Source: Microbacterium sp. (GTDB lineage: Bacteria; Actinomycetota; Actinomycetes; Actinomycetales; Microbacteriaceae). From it: a DNA stretch of 34,217 nt. Below are positions 9,012 through 17,357 of this stretch, piece after piece. The stretch covers positions 1-34,217 of the forward strand of contig JAITUD010000059.1 in the NCBI GenBank assembly GCA_031286555.1, in the 5' to 3' direction. Position numbers and translations under genes: made by a program. The notes under the pieces were generated by a model, which was not told the origin of the DNA, did no database searches, and saw only the letters and a list, made by a program, of their open reading frames with translations. Every line of letters begins with the position of its first letter. Within the stretch, counting starts at the first letter, position 1.

Positions 9012-9769
9012 TTCGCGACCAGCGTCGTCGCGAATGAGTACATGTCAGGGCGGTAGCAGTGGTGCCCGAACTCGATCGCCGCTCCGGACTGGTCGAATGA
9101 CACTCGCTCCATCGTCAGCACAGGTCCGCCCTCGTCGATGTCGAGCAGTTCGTGCTCGTCATCCTCAGCGCGGCGCGCGCCGATCTTCTGCTTCGCGACG
9201 CTGATGGCGACGCCCCGCGCGCGCAGGATCTGGTAGAGCCCGCGGCTCTCGAGCTGCTCGACCGTGACGTCCGCGAACGACGCAGGCAGGTGATTCTCCA
9301 TCACTGCGACGGGCACGCCGTCGGTGCTGCGTCGACGCCGGAGCCTGAGCACCGGATCGCCGAGCGGGATCCCGAGCGCGTCCGCCACCTCTGCGCCGGC
9401 GGGGACGACCTCGTGCGCCAGGACCTGGGTTCCCGGTTCGTGATTCGCGCTCTGGAGATCGTCGAACAGGCTCGTCAGCTCCACCTGTCTGGTCACTGAA
9501 CCCTGGACGACCTGGGTGCCGATGCCGCGGCGTCGCACCAGGAGCCCCTTGTCCACGAGCTCCTGGATGGCGCGGCGCACAGTGGGGCGCGAGACGCCCA
9601 GCTGCTCGGCGATGGAGATCTCGTTCTCGAGGCGTGCTCCGGGAGGGATCTCGCCGGACCGGATCGCGGACTGGAGCCGTGTCGAGACCTGGAAGTACAG
9701 CGGGACGGGGCCGGTGCGATCGATGTCCGCGAACAGGTCGTTCGGCCAGTAGGCAGTGTCGTCACCCAT
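9008..9769 (-). CDS. iolR: GntR/HutC family regulator (wHTH + UTRA), IolR-like
   Basis: PLYFQV...LENEISIAEQLGVSRPTVRRAIQELVDKGLLVRRRGIGT plus a UTRA domain. Divergent from an inositol locus, as for the GntR-type IolR of Corynebacterium glutamicum. GGGGAG RBS. Confidence 0.8.
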   Translation of the reverse strand: MGDDTAYWPNDLFADIDRTGPVPLYFQVSTRLQSAIRSGEIPPGARLENEISIAEQLGVSRPTVRRAIQELVDKGLLVRRRGIGTQVVQGSVTRQVELTSLFDDLQSANHEPGTQVLAHEVVPAGAEVADALGIPLGDPVLRLRRRRSTDGVPVAVMENHLPASFADVTVEQLESRGLYQILRARGVAISVAKQKIGARRAEDDEHELLDIDEGGPVLTMERVSFDQSGAAIEFGHHCYRPDMYSFATTLVAK

Positions 9770-9794
9770 CGGTTCTCCCCTCGACAAGGTCACA

Positions 9795-9922
9795 TTGTAG
9801 CGACAACATCATCTGTCACTTCCTTCTGCATCACAATGCAGATCTTCATGTCGCGTTCACCGCATCGCCACCGCCAGGACAATCCCTTGTGATCTGATCA
9901 GAATGTCAGTAGGTTCGGACAA
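9795..9922 (+). promoter_or_regulatory. Putative sigmaA-type promoter and IolR-like operators upstream of ABC unit 1
   Basis: TTGTGA(9887)-N17-TAGGTT(9910). GGTTCGGACA (9912-9921) overlaps the -10. Palindrome TTGT-AGCG-ACAA at 9795-9806 lies near the regulator start. Confidence 0.6.
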
Positions 9923-9999
9923 AGTCAGGAAGACGCCGGCGTACTTCTGCGTCGCCTCTTCCATCCGGGTCGGTATCGGCCCCCATCGAGGAGTGTGCA

Positions 10000-11151
10000 A
10001 TGAAGCGATCAACTGGGTTGGTCGCTGTCGCGCTTATCGCGACGGCGACGTTGGCCCTCACGGGCTGTGTTCAGAAGTCCGGGGGCGGAGAGAGCGGGGG
10101 AGCGGACGACAAGTCCGTCACCGTCTTCGTCAGCGGCGACACCAACGTGCAGGACCTCTGGCAGAAGGGCCTGGTCCCTGCCTTCGAGAAGGCCAATCCC
10201 GGGTACAAGGTCACGGTCGACTTCGATCTCCACGGTCAGCACGACCAGCAGACCGTCGCCAAGGTCACGGCCGCCACGGTGCAGAAGCGCGATCCGGGCA
10301 TCGACCTGATCGACGGCGGATTCGTCGCACAGCTCGCAGCCGGTGACCTTCTGCAGTCCGTCAGCGAGAAGGATGTGCCGAATCTCGACACCGTCCCCGA
10401 GGGGATCCGGAAGACCGCGGTCAAGGACACCATCCCCTACCGGGCGTCGTCCGTCCTCCTCGCCTACAACTCGAAAGAGGTCGCCACGCCTCCGAAGACG
10501 CTCGACGAGCTGCTCGCGTGGATCAAGGAGCACCCGGGCAAGTTCACGTACAACTCCGGCGGCACCGGCGGCAGCGGCGACGCCTTCGTGACGACCGTGC
10601 TCGACAAGACGATTCCCGCGGACGACCGCGCAAAGATGGCGACCGAGTACGTCCCCGAGCTCGAGAGCGAATGGGATGCCGGATTCGAGACGCTGCGCGG
10701 ACTCAACCCGTACGTCTATCAGAAGGGCGTCTACCCGAACGGGAACAACGGCACCCTCGAGCTGCTCTCCAGCGGTCAGATCTGGATGACGGCCGTCTGG
10801 TCCGACCAGTTCGTGTCCGGAGTCGAGAGCGGACAGATCCCGGAGACCACCGCCACGACCCAGATCTCCGACCCGTCGTTCACTGGCGGAGCGTCTCTGC
10901 TCGGCATCCCCAAGGCGAGCAAGCACGTCGAAGCCGCGCAGAAGCTGGCCGACTGGGTGCTGACCCCGGAGGCGCAGGAGGTCGTGTCGAACCAGGTGTC
11001 CGGATATCCGGTGATCGACCTGTCGCTGCTGCCGAAGGACACCCAGGAGAAGTTCGCGGATGCCGACATCGCGAACCTCCGGCCGCCCTACTACGAGCAG
11101 ATGGGTGCCGACATGGCGAAGCTCTGGGCCCAGAAGGTGCCCGGGAAGTAA
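10000..11151 (+). CDS. ABC transporter substrate-binding lipoprotein (PotD/AfuA/YnjB-like)
   Basis: Lipobox LALTGC; PKTLDELLAWIKEHPGKFTY; GAGGAG RBS; followed by permeases and an ATPase. Confidence 0.88.
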   Translation: MKRSTGLVAVALIATATLALTGCVQKSGGGESGGADDKSVTVFVSGDTNVQDLWQKGLVPAFEKANPGYKVTVDFDLHGQHDQQTVAKVTAATVQKRDPGIDLIDGGFVAQLAAGDLLQSVSEKDVPNLDTVPEGIRKTAVKDTIPYRASSVLLAYNSKEVATPPKTLDELLAWIKEHPGKFTYNSGGTGGSGDAFVTTVLDKTIPADDRAKMATEYVPELESEWDAGFETLRGLNPYVYQKGVYPNGNNGTLELLSSGQIWMTAVWSDQFVSGVESGQIPETTATTQISDPSFTGGASLLGIPKASKHVEAAQKLADWVLTPEAQEVVSNQVSGYPVIDLSLLPKDTQEKFADADIANLRPPYYEQMGADMAKLWAQKVPGK

Positions 11152-11160
11152 GCCTCCTGC

Positions 11161-12108
11161 ATGTCTGAGAAACTGCGCGCGCCCAAGCGCGTCCGTCGCA
11201 GCCGTGGGGCGGTAGGCGCCCCACGGCTGTCGAAGGTGGGCTTCTTCATGGCCCTCCCGCCGATCCTGATCGTCCTGCTGTTCGTGGGCGTCCCGGTGAT
11301 CGTGGCGCTCGCCTTCACCTTCGGGTTCACCGGCGGGCTGAACGAGATCGTCTCGCTCGTCGGGCAGAACGTGCACACCGCGGATGACTGGTGGGGCACC
11401 CTCGCCGCGTGGGCCGACGTCTTCGGGGACGAGCAGTTCCGATCCAACCTCGTCGTCACGCTGCTCGTCACGATCGTCAGCACCGCCGTCGTGCTCTTCA
11501 TGGCGATCGGCATCGGGCTCTACCTGCGGCTTCGGGGCGGCTGGCTGGCGAACCTGCTGTCGGCCCTCGCCGTCGTGCCGCTGTTCATCCCCGTGGTCAT
11601 CGCGTCGTGGGCGATCCTCACGTTCTACTCCGCAGACGGCTTCATCCGCAGCGTCCTCGCCGCGGTGGGAGTGGACGGCCCTGTCTGGGGATACACCGTT
11701 GTCGCCATCGTGATCGGCTCCGTGTGGACGTCGCTGCCCTTCGCGGTCCTCATGGTCGCCTCGGGGCTGCAGAGCATCCCGGACGCGATCATCGAGGCCG
11801 CGCGGGATGCCGGGGCCGGCTTCCTGCGGATCGTCTTCTCGATCCTCATCCCGATGGCGTTCGTGCCGATCGTCATCGCGGCCACCTTCACGGCCATCGG
11901 CGTGATCGGCTCGTTCACCGTGCCCTACTTCACCGGGCCGAATGCGCCGACCATGCTCGGCGTGATGCTCACCAGCTACTTCACCTCGTACAACGAACCG
12001 CAGCAGTCCGTGGTCATGGCGTTCACGATCTTCATCGCGGCATCCGCCATCGGAGCGTTCTACGTGTGGGCGAACTTCCGCAGTGCCAAAGATCAGGGGA
12101 GGGTGTGA
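11161..12108 (+). CDS. ABC transporter permease
   Basis: Hydrophobic TM segments; EAA loop IIEAARDAGA. Confidence 0.9.
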   Translation: MSEKLRAPKRVRRSRGAVGAPRLSKVGFFMALPPILIVLLFVGVPVIVALAFTFGFTGGLNEIVSLVGQNVHTADDWWGTLAAWADVFGDEQFRSNLVVTLLVTIVSTAVVLFMAIGIGLYLRLRGGWLANLLSALAVVPLFIPVVIASWAILTFYSADGFIRSVLAAVGVDGPVWGYTVVAIVIGSVWTSLPFAVLMVASGLQSIPDAIIEAARDAGAGFLRIVFSILIPMAFVPIVIAATFTAIGVIGSFTVPYFTGPNAPTMLGVMLTSYFTSYNEPQQSVVMAFTIFIAASAIGAFYVWANFRSAKDQGRV

Positions 12109-13037
12109 TGACTCAGGAAGTCGTGACCGCGACGCCCGCGTCCACCGCGAGGATCGCTCCGCCCGCGGCGACCGAGGCGCCGCGCGCGCACACGCCGCAG
12201 GACGGTGGCGGCCGCGCCAGGGAAAAGGCGGCTCGTCTCGGCGGCCGAGCGCTCGTGGTGCTCTTCGCCGTGTTCATGATCCTGTTCATCCTCGGCCCGC
12301 TGCTGTGGCTGGCAGTGCGCGCCTTCGCGACGAACTGGACGTACCCCAATCTGCTCCCCGACGGATGGACGCTGAAGTGGTGGGGCACGGTGTTCAGCGA
12401 CCAGGCGCTCGGCACCGCCGTGCAGAACTCACTGGTCATCACACCGATCGTGGTGGTGTGCTCCGCGGTGATCTGCCTGCCGGCGGCGTACGCCTTCGCC
12501 AGGCATGACTTCTTCGCCAGGCGGACCTTTCTCATCGGGCTGTTCGCGACGAACGCGTTTCCGAAGATGGGACTGTTCGCCACGCTCGCATCGATGTTCT
12601 TCGCGCTGAACCTGATGAACACGGTGCTCGGCATCGTCATCGTGCAGATTCTCGGCACGATCGTGTTCATGACGTGGATCCCCGCGGCGGCCTTCGCGGC
12701 CGTCCCGCGGAGCCTCGAGGAGGCCGCGAGGGATGCCGGTGCCGGGCGGATCCGGGTGTTCTTCTCGGTCACTCTGCGCATGGCCCTCCCGGGCATCCTC
12801 GTCGCGGTGATCATGTCGTTCCTCGCGGCGTTCGACGAAGCGCAGGGCACGTATCTGGTGGGAGCACCGGACTACTTCACGATGCCCACCCAGATGTACT
12901 CCCTGGTGCTGAACTACCCCAAGCAGGTCGCGGCGGTGTTCTCCATCCTCCTGTCCATCCCCTCGGTCGTCCTCCTGCTCGCCGCGCGCAAGCACATCAT
13001 GGGTGGGCAGCTCGCCGAGGGATTCCAGATTCGCTGA
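12108..13037 (+). CDS. ABC transporter permease
   Basis: TM segments; LEEAARDAGA; TGATG translational coupling to the upstream permease. Confidence 0.9.
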   Translation: MTQEVVTATPASTARIAPPAATEAPRAHTPQDGGGRAREKAARLGGRALVVLFAVFMILFILGPLLWLAVRAFATNWTYPNLLPDGWTLKWWGTVFSDQALGTAVQNSLVITPIVVVCSAVICLPAAYAFARHDFFARRTFLIGLFATNAFPKMGLFATLASMFFALNLMNTVLGIVIVQILGTIVFMTWIPAAAFAAVPRSLEEAARDAGAGRIRVFFSVTLRMALPGILVAVIMSFLAAFDEAQGTYLVGAPDYFTMPTQMYSLVLNYPKQVAAVFSILLSIPSVVLLLAARKHIMGGQLAEGFQIR

Positions 13038-13053
13038 TGAAGTGGATTCGAAC

Positions 13054-14112
13054 GTGATTGCAGAAGAAATGACGGAAGCCGCACCGCAGTCGGAGACTCC
13101 CACGGAGGTCGCCGGGCTGGAGATCCGCGGGCTGAACAAGATCCTGGGCGGGCGGACGATCATCGACGACCTCGACCTGCGTGTCGAGAAGGGCGAGCTG
13201 GTTTCGCTGCTCGGGCCGTCGGGCTGCGGGAAGACGACCACTCTGCGAATGGTCGCAGGGTTCCTCGCGCCCGACAACGGAACGATCACCGTGGACGGGC
13301 GGGACGTCACGCGCCTGGGTGCGGAGAAGCGACCGAGTGCCATGGTCTTCCAGAACTATGCGCTGTGGCCGCACATGACGGTGTTCAAGAACGTGGCCTT
13401 TCCGCTGAAGATCCGGCGCACCTCCCCGGCAGAGCTCACGGAGCGCACCGAGGCGGCGTTGGAGCTGGTGAACCTCCTGCACCACCGCGACTCCCGTCCC
13501 GGGCAGATCTCGGGAGGCGAGCAGCAGCGCGTCGCGCTGGCCCGCGCGCTGGTCCAGGAGCCCAAGCTGCTGCTGCTCGACGAGCCGCTGAGCAATCTCG
13601 ACGCGAAGCTGCGGGTGAAGGTGCGGGAGGACATCCGCGAGATCCAGCAGCGCCTGGGGATCACCACCCTGATCGTCACGCACGATCAGGACGAGGCGAT
13701 GAGCGTCTCGGATCGGATCGCGGTGATGAACGACGGGCGGATCGAGCAGTACAGCACACCGGAGCAGCTGTACGGCAGGCCGCAGACGATGTTCGTCGCC
13801 TCCTTCATCGGGTCGATGAACAAGCTGGCAGGCACGGTCGTCGACGGCCGGCTGCAGGATTCCGAAGAGATCAGCGGCGTCCGGCCCGAGCACGTCGTGT
13901 TCAGCGCGACCGCCGAAGGGGATGCACTGCCCGCGGTCGTCGAGCGGGTCATTCCGCGAGGGCACTTCTTCGAGCTCGTGCTCGCGCGGGAGGACGCCAC
14001 GCTGCACGGCTACTTCACCGGGCGCCCTCCTGCGGTGGGCGACCGGGGCGGCGCGCGGATCACGGAGTCGCTGACCTTCCGGGACGGCGTTCTCGTGGAG
14101 GAGGGACGATGA
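13054..14112 (+). CDS. ABC transporter ATP-binding protein (PotA-like)
   Basis: Walker A GPSGCGKTT; signature ISGGEQQR; Walker B LLLLDEPLSNLD; VTHDQ. Start uncertain (GTG 13054 or ATG 13069). Confidence 0.92.
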   Translation: MIAEEMTEAAPQSETPTEVAGLEIRGLNKILGGRTIIDDLDLRVEKGELVSLLGPSGCGKTTTLRMVAGFLAPDNGTITVDGRDVTRLGAEKRPSAMVFQNYALWPHMTVFKNVAFPLKIRRTSPAELTERTEAALELVNLLHHRDSRPGQISGGEQQRVALARALVQEPKLLLLDEPLSNLDAKLRVKVREDIREIQQRLGITTLIVTHDQDEAMSVSDRIAVMNDGRIEQYSTPEQLYGRPQTMFVASFIGSMNKLAGTVVDGRLQDSEEISGVRPEHVVFSATAEGDALPAVVERVIPRGHFFELVLAREDATLHGYFTGRPPAVGDRGGARITESLTFRDGVLVEEGR

Positions 14113-15641
14113 CGGTGACGGCTCTGACCCGGTGCACAGCTCACCGGGGCGACTCCTCGGCGCACCGGGAGAACACGCTTCCGGCGATCCGCTCGGCCAT
14201 CGCGAAGGGTGCCGACCTGGTCGAGTTCGATCTGCGGCTGACAGCCGACGGCGACGTCATCGTGCTGCACGATCCCACGCTCGAGCGATTGTGGGGCGTG
14301 CGGCGCCCGGTCTCGGAGACGACGCTCGCCGAGATCCTTGCGCTGGGCGACGCGGACCACCGTCCGCCGACCCTGGCCGAGGCGCTGGCGTGCTTCGACG
14401 GCACCGACACCGTCGCCGTGATCGATGTGACCGATCCGCGCATGATCGCTCCGGCGATGCCTCTGGTCCTGGCCTCCGGCGCGACGGCGAGCTGGTGCGG
14501 CGATCTCGGGGCGATGCGCGTCGTGCGCGACCTGGATCCGGATGCGAGCATCTGGATGCCCTGGGACCGGGTGGTCCCGCCCGGTGCCGACGAGATCCTC
14601 GGGCTGGCGCCCGACACCATCAACGTCCCGGCGTACGTCGTCACCCGGGAACTGGTCGACGGAGTCCACGATCTCGGGCTGCGCCTGGCGGCGTGGACCG
14701 TCGACGAGCCGGCCGACATGCGGGCGATGGCCGAGGCCGGCGTGGACCAGGTGACGACCAATCGGCTCGACGACCTGCAGCGTGTCGTCGCCGGCGGAGG
14801 AGATGAGATGACGGAGCAGTCCTTGTACGCACGCGAGCGCAGAGTGGCCGAGGCCCTCGGCGACTGGGCGATCGAGTTCACCCGATCCGCAGATCCCGGG
14901 GTGATCCGCACGAAGCGCGACGACGCCGACATCGTCACCGACGTGGATGTGGCGGTGGAGAAGTACGTCCGAGAGGTGATCGGAGCGCAGTTCCCCGAGC
15001 ATGACTTCGTGGGCGAGGAGATGGGCGGCTCCGCGCGGGACGACGTGCCGTGCTGGTACCTCGACCCGGTCGACGGCACGGCGAACTTCGCCAACGGCGT
15101 GCCCTGGACGGCCTTCTCGCTCGCGCTGGTGGTCGGCGGTCGACCCGTGGTCGCGGTCGTCGGCGACCCGTGGCGGGAGGACCTGTTCGTGGCGGAGGCG
15201 GGGCAGGGGGCGAGTCTGAACGGAGAGCCGCTGCAGCTGCAGCCCGCCGCCGAATCGGCCGACGGCGATCCGCTCCGCGGGCGGATCGTCAGTACGGAAC
15301 TGGCCAACCAGCATGCGTGGCCGGGGATGCTGCCGATGCTGGAGAGGCTCGGGGAGCGCTTCTGCACCCTGCGGATCATGGGGTCGGGCACGATGACCCT
15401 GGTGGGCGTGGCGGCCGGCAGAGGTGCGGGTGCGGTCGTCGGGCACTTCGGTGCGGTGGACCATCTCGCGGCCGTGCTGATCGCCGCCGAAGCCGGCGCC
15501 GTGGTGCGCGACGAGGCCGGACAGCCCACCTGGTTCCCTCCGTCCGGCGGGATCATGGTCGCTGCGCCCTTCGCCGCCGACGCACTGCATGCCGTCTGGT
15601 CGGAGTCGATCCATGCGGCACGTGGAGGCGGGCCCGCGTAG
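14109..15641 (+). CDS. Fusion protein: glycerophosphodiester phosphodiesterase (GDPD) + inositol monophosphatase family domain
   Basis: N-terminal half has AHRG...ENT...VEFDL...VLHD...WTVD...GVDQVTTN (GDPD). C-terminal half has DIVTDVD, GEE, WYLDPVDGTANF, RIMGSG, LIAAEAGA (IMPase). One uninterrupted frame. Confidence 0.9.
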   Translation: MTVTALTRCTAHRGDSSAHRENTLPAIRSAIAKGADLVEFDLRLTADGDVIVLHDPTLERLWGVRRPVSETTLAEILALGDADHRPPTLAEALACFDGTDTVAVIDVTDPRMIAPAMPLVLASGATASWCGDLGAMRVVRDLDPDASIWMPWDRVVPPGADEILGLAPDTINVPAYVVTRELVDGVHDLGLRLAAWTVDEPADMRAMAEAGVDQVTTNRLDDLQRVVAGGGDEMTEQSLYARERRVAEALGDWAIEFTRSADPGVIRTKRDDADIVTDVDVAVEKYVREVIGAQFPEHDFVGEEMGGSARDDVPCWYLDPVDGTANFANGVPWTAFSLALVVGGRPVVAVVGDPWREDLFVAEAGQGASLNGEPLQLQPAAESADGDPLRGRIVSTELANQHAWPGMLPMLERLGERFCTLRIMGSGTMTLVGVAAGRGAGAVVGHFGAVDHLAAVLIAAEAGAVVRDEAGQPTWFPPSGGIMVAAPFAADALHAVWSESIHAARGGGPA

Positions 15642-16352
15642 ATGCTCGCCGATCTCTTCCCCGCGACTCTGCTCGAGCAGCTGCTGCTGCTCGCGGCGTC
15701 CTTCCTTCTCTCCACCCTCATCGGGATCGAGAGGCAGCGGAGCCTGAAGAGCGCGGGGGTGCGGACCCATGCGCTCGTCGGGGTCGGCTCCGCGCTGTTC
15801 ACCCTGGTGTCCGCCTACGGCTTCGCCACGGTGATCGGCACCGATGTCCAGCTGGATCCCTCGCGCATCGCGGCGCAGATCGTGTCAGGGATCGGGTTCC
15901 TCGGTGCGGGTGTGATCTTCGTGCGCAGGAACGCGGTCAGCGGACTGACGACCGCCGCGTCCATCTGGCTGACGGCCGCGGTGGGACTGGCGTGCGGTGC
16001 CGGAATGGTCGTGCAGGCATCGGGCGCGGCGGCGCTGTACCTGCTGATCGTCGGCCCGCTCAGCAGGGTGACGAAGCGCATTCCGACGGTGTCGCGCGAT
16101 CGCAGCCTCTCCGTGCAGTACAAGGACGGCCAGGGCACGCTGCGCAACATCCTCGCGATGTCCACGGCGATGGGGTATCAGGTCGCCCTGGCGGGGACGC
16201 AGCGGATCGATCGACCGGGGAAGACGCCGCGCGTCGAGGCCGAGCTCCTGTTCCACGCCGTCACCACGCCGCCGGCAGAGGATCTGGTCGAGGTGATCGG
16301 CGAGATCAAGGGCGTGGTGTCCGTGCAGTCCCGTGTCGACGCCGACAGCTGA
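15642..16352 (+). CDS. MgtC/SapB family membrane protein
   Basis: IGIERQ...SAGVRTHALV; DPSRIAAQIVSGIGFLGAG; GLTTAASIW; C-terminal ACT-like region. Confidence 0.92.
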   Translation: MLADLFPATLLEQLLLLAASFLLSTLIGIERQRSLKSAGVRTHALVGVGSALFTLVSAYGFATVIGTDVQLDPSRIAAQIVSGIGFLGAGVIFVRRNAVSGLTTAASIWLTAAVGLACGAGMVVQASGAAALYLLIVGPLSRVTKRIPTVSRDRSLSVQYKDGQGTLRNILAMSTAMGYQVALAGTQRIDRPGKTPRVEAELLFHAVTTPPAEDLVEVIGEIKGVVSVQSRVDADS

Positions 16353-16384
16353 CGGCGCGAGGACGCCGTGCGTCGATGCGCAGG

Positions 16385-16414
16385 TTGTTAATATGTCCGA
16401 ACATGAGATAGTGT
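16385..16414 (+). promoter_or_regulatory. Putative promoter with a palindromic IolR-like operator in the spacer, upstream of unit 2
   Basis: TTGTTA(16385)-N18-TAGTGT(16409); ATGT-CCGA-ACAT at 16393-16404; AT-rich patch. Confidence 0.65.
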
Positions 16415-16448
16415 CTTCGTTGTGACTTTGATGAGGAAGGAACACCGC

Positions 16449-17357
16449 GTGATCCAGATCGCGAACGCGCCTGTGAGCTACGGGGTCTTCGAGCTGGCCC
16501 GGCCGGATCTCGTCCGCCTCCCCGAGGGGGAGGAGCTCGCGCAGTGGATCGAGGAGGCGGGCTATCAGGGCATCGACCTCGGACCGGTCGGACTGCTCGG
16601 CACGGGACCGCAGCTCGTCGATCGGCTCCGCAGGCATGGACTCGAGCTCGCCGGCGGATGGGTCGATCTTCCGTTCTCCGCGGACCCGGAGGCGTTCGAG
16701 CAGGCGATGGCGGATCTCGACGGGACGCTGGACGTCTTCGTCACCGCGGCCGAAGCCGGCCAGACGCTCGCGCCGCTCCCGACGCTGGCGGATGCCGGTG
16801 ACGCATCCCGTCGGGCCCGGCCGGGCGGTGCGCCGGAGCTGATGCTCAGCGGCGATCGCTGGGAGATCTTCGCGGAGCGCATCGACCGGGCCGCACGACA
16901 GGTGCGTGCCCGAGGACTGGAGCCGACTTTCCACCATCACGCGTGCACGTACATCGAGACTCCGGAGGAGGTCGATGCCCTGCTCGCGTCGACGGATGTC
17001 GGTCTGACCTTCGATTCGGGGCACCTCCTCATCGGCGGCGGCGACCCGCTCGCCGATTTCCGGCGCTGGAAGGACCGCATCAACCACCTCCACCTCAAGG
17101 ACGCCCGCACGAGCGTGCTCCGCGAGGCCATGGGGGATGACGACCCGATGCGCAGCGTCTGGGAGAAGCGCGTGTTCGTGCCCCTCGGCGAGGGCGACCT
17201 CGCGATGGACGACATCGTCCAGGAGATCGTCGACTCCGGCTACGCGGGATGGCTGATCGTCGAGCAGGACGTCGTGCCGCGCTCGACGGAGGACGTCGAG
17301 AGGGCCCGCCGCGAGCAGGCCGCCAATCGCGAGCAGCTGCGGAGGTGGTTCGCATGA
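16449..17357 (+). CDS. iolE: IolE-like inosose dehydratase / sugar phosphate isomerase-epimerase TIM barrel
   Basis: IANAPVSYGV; FHHH; FDSGH; HLHLKD; FVPLGEGD; GWLIVEQD; iol context; AGGAAGGA RBS before GTG 16449. Confidence 0.72.
   Translation: MIQIANAPVSYGVFELARPDLVRLPEGEELAQWIEEAGYQGIDLGPVGLLGTGPQLVDRLRRHGLELAGGWVDLPFSADPEAFEQAMADLDGTLDVFVTAAEAGQTLAPLPTLADAGDASRRARPGGAPELMLSGDRWEIFAERIDRAARQVRARGLEPTFHHHACTYIETPEEVDALLASTDVGLTFDSGHLLIGGGDPLADFRRWKDRINHLHLKDARTSVLREAMGDDDPMRSVWEKRVFVPLGEGDLAMDDIVQEIVDSGYAGWLIVEQDVVPRSTEDVERARREQAANREQLRRWFA

Noticed and set aside
9770-9999. Possible riboswitch or sRNA in the 230-bp intergenic region
   Set aside because: No recognisable aptamer consensus; divergent promoters and operators account for the region.
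11391-12107. N-terminal extensions of ORFs in the track (11391, 13365, 20267, 23956, 27616)
   Set aside because: They are out-of-frame overlaps with upstream genes. The real starts are at the coupled ATG/GTG junctions.
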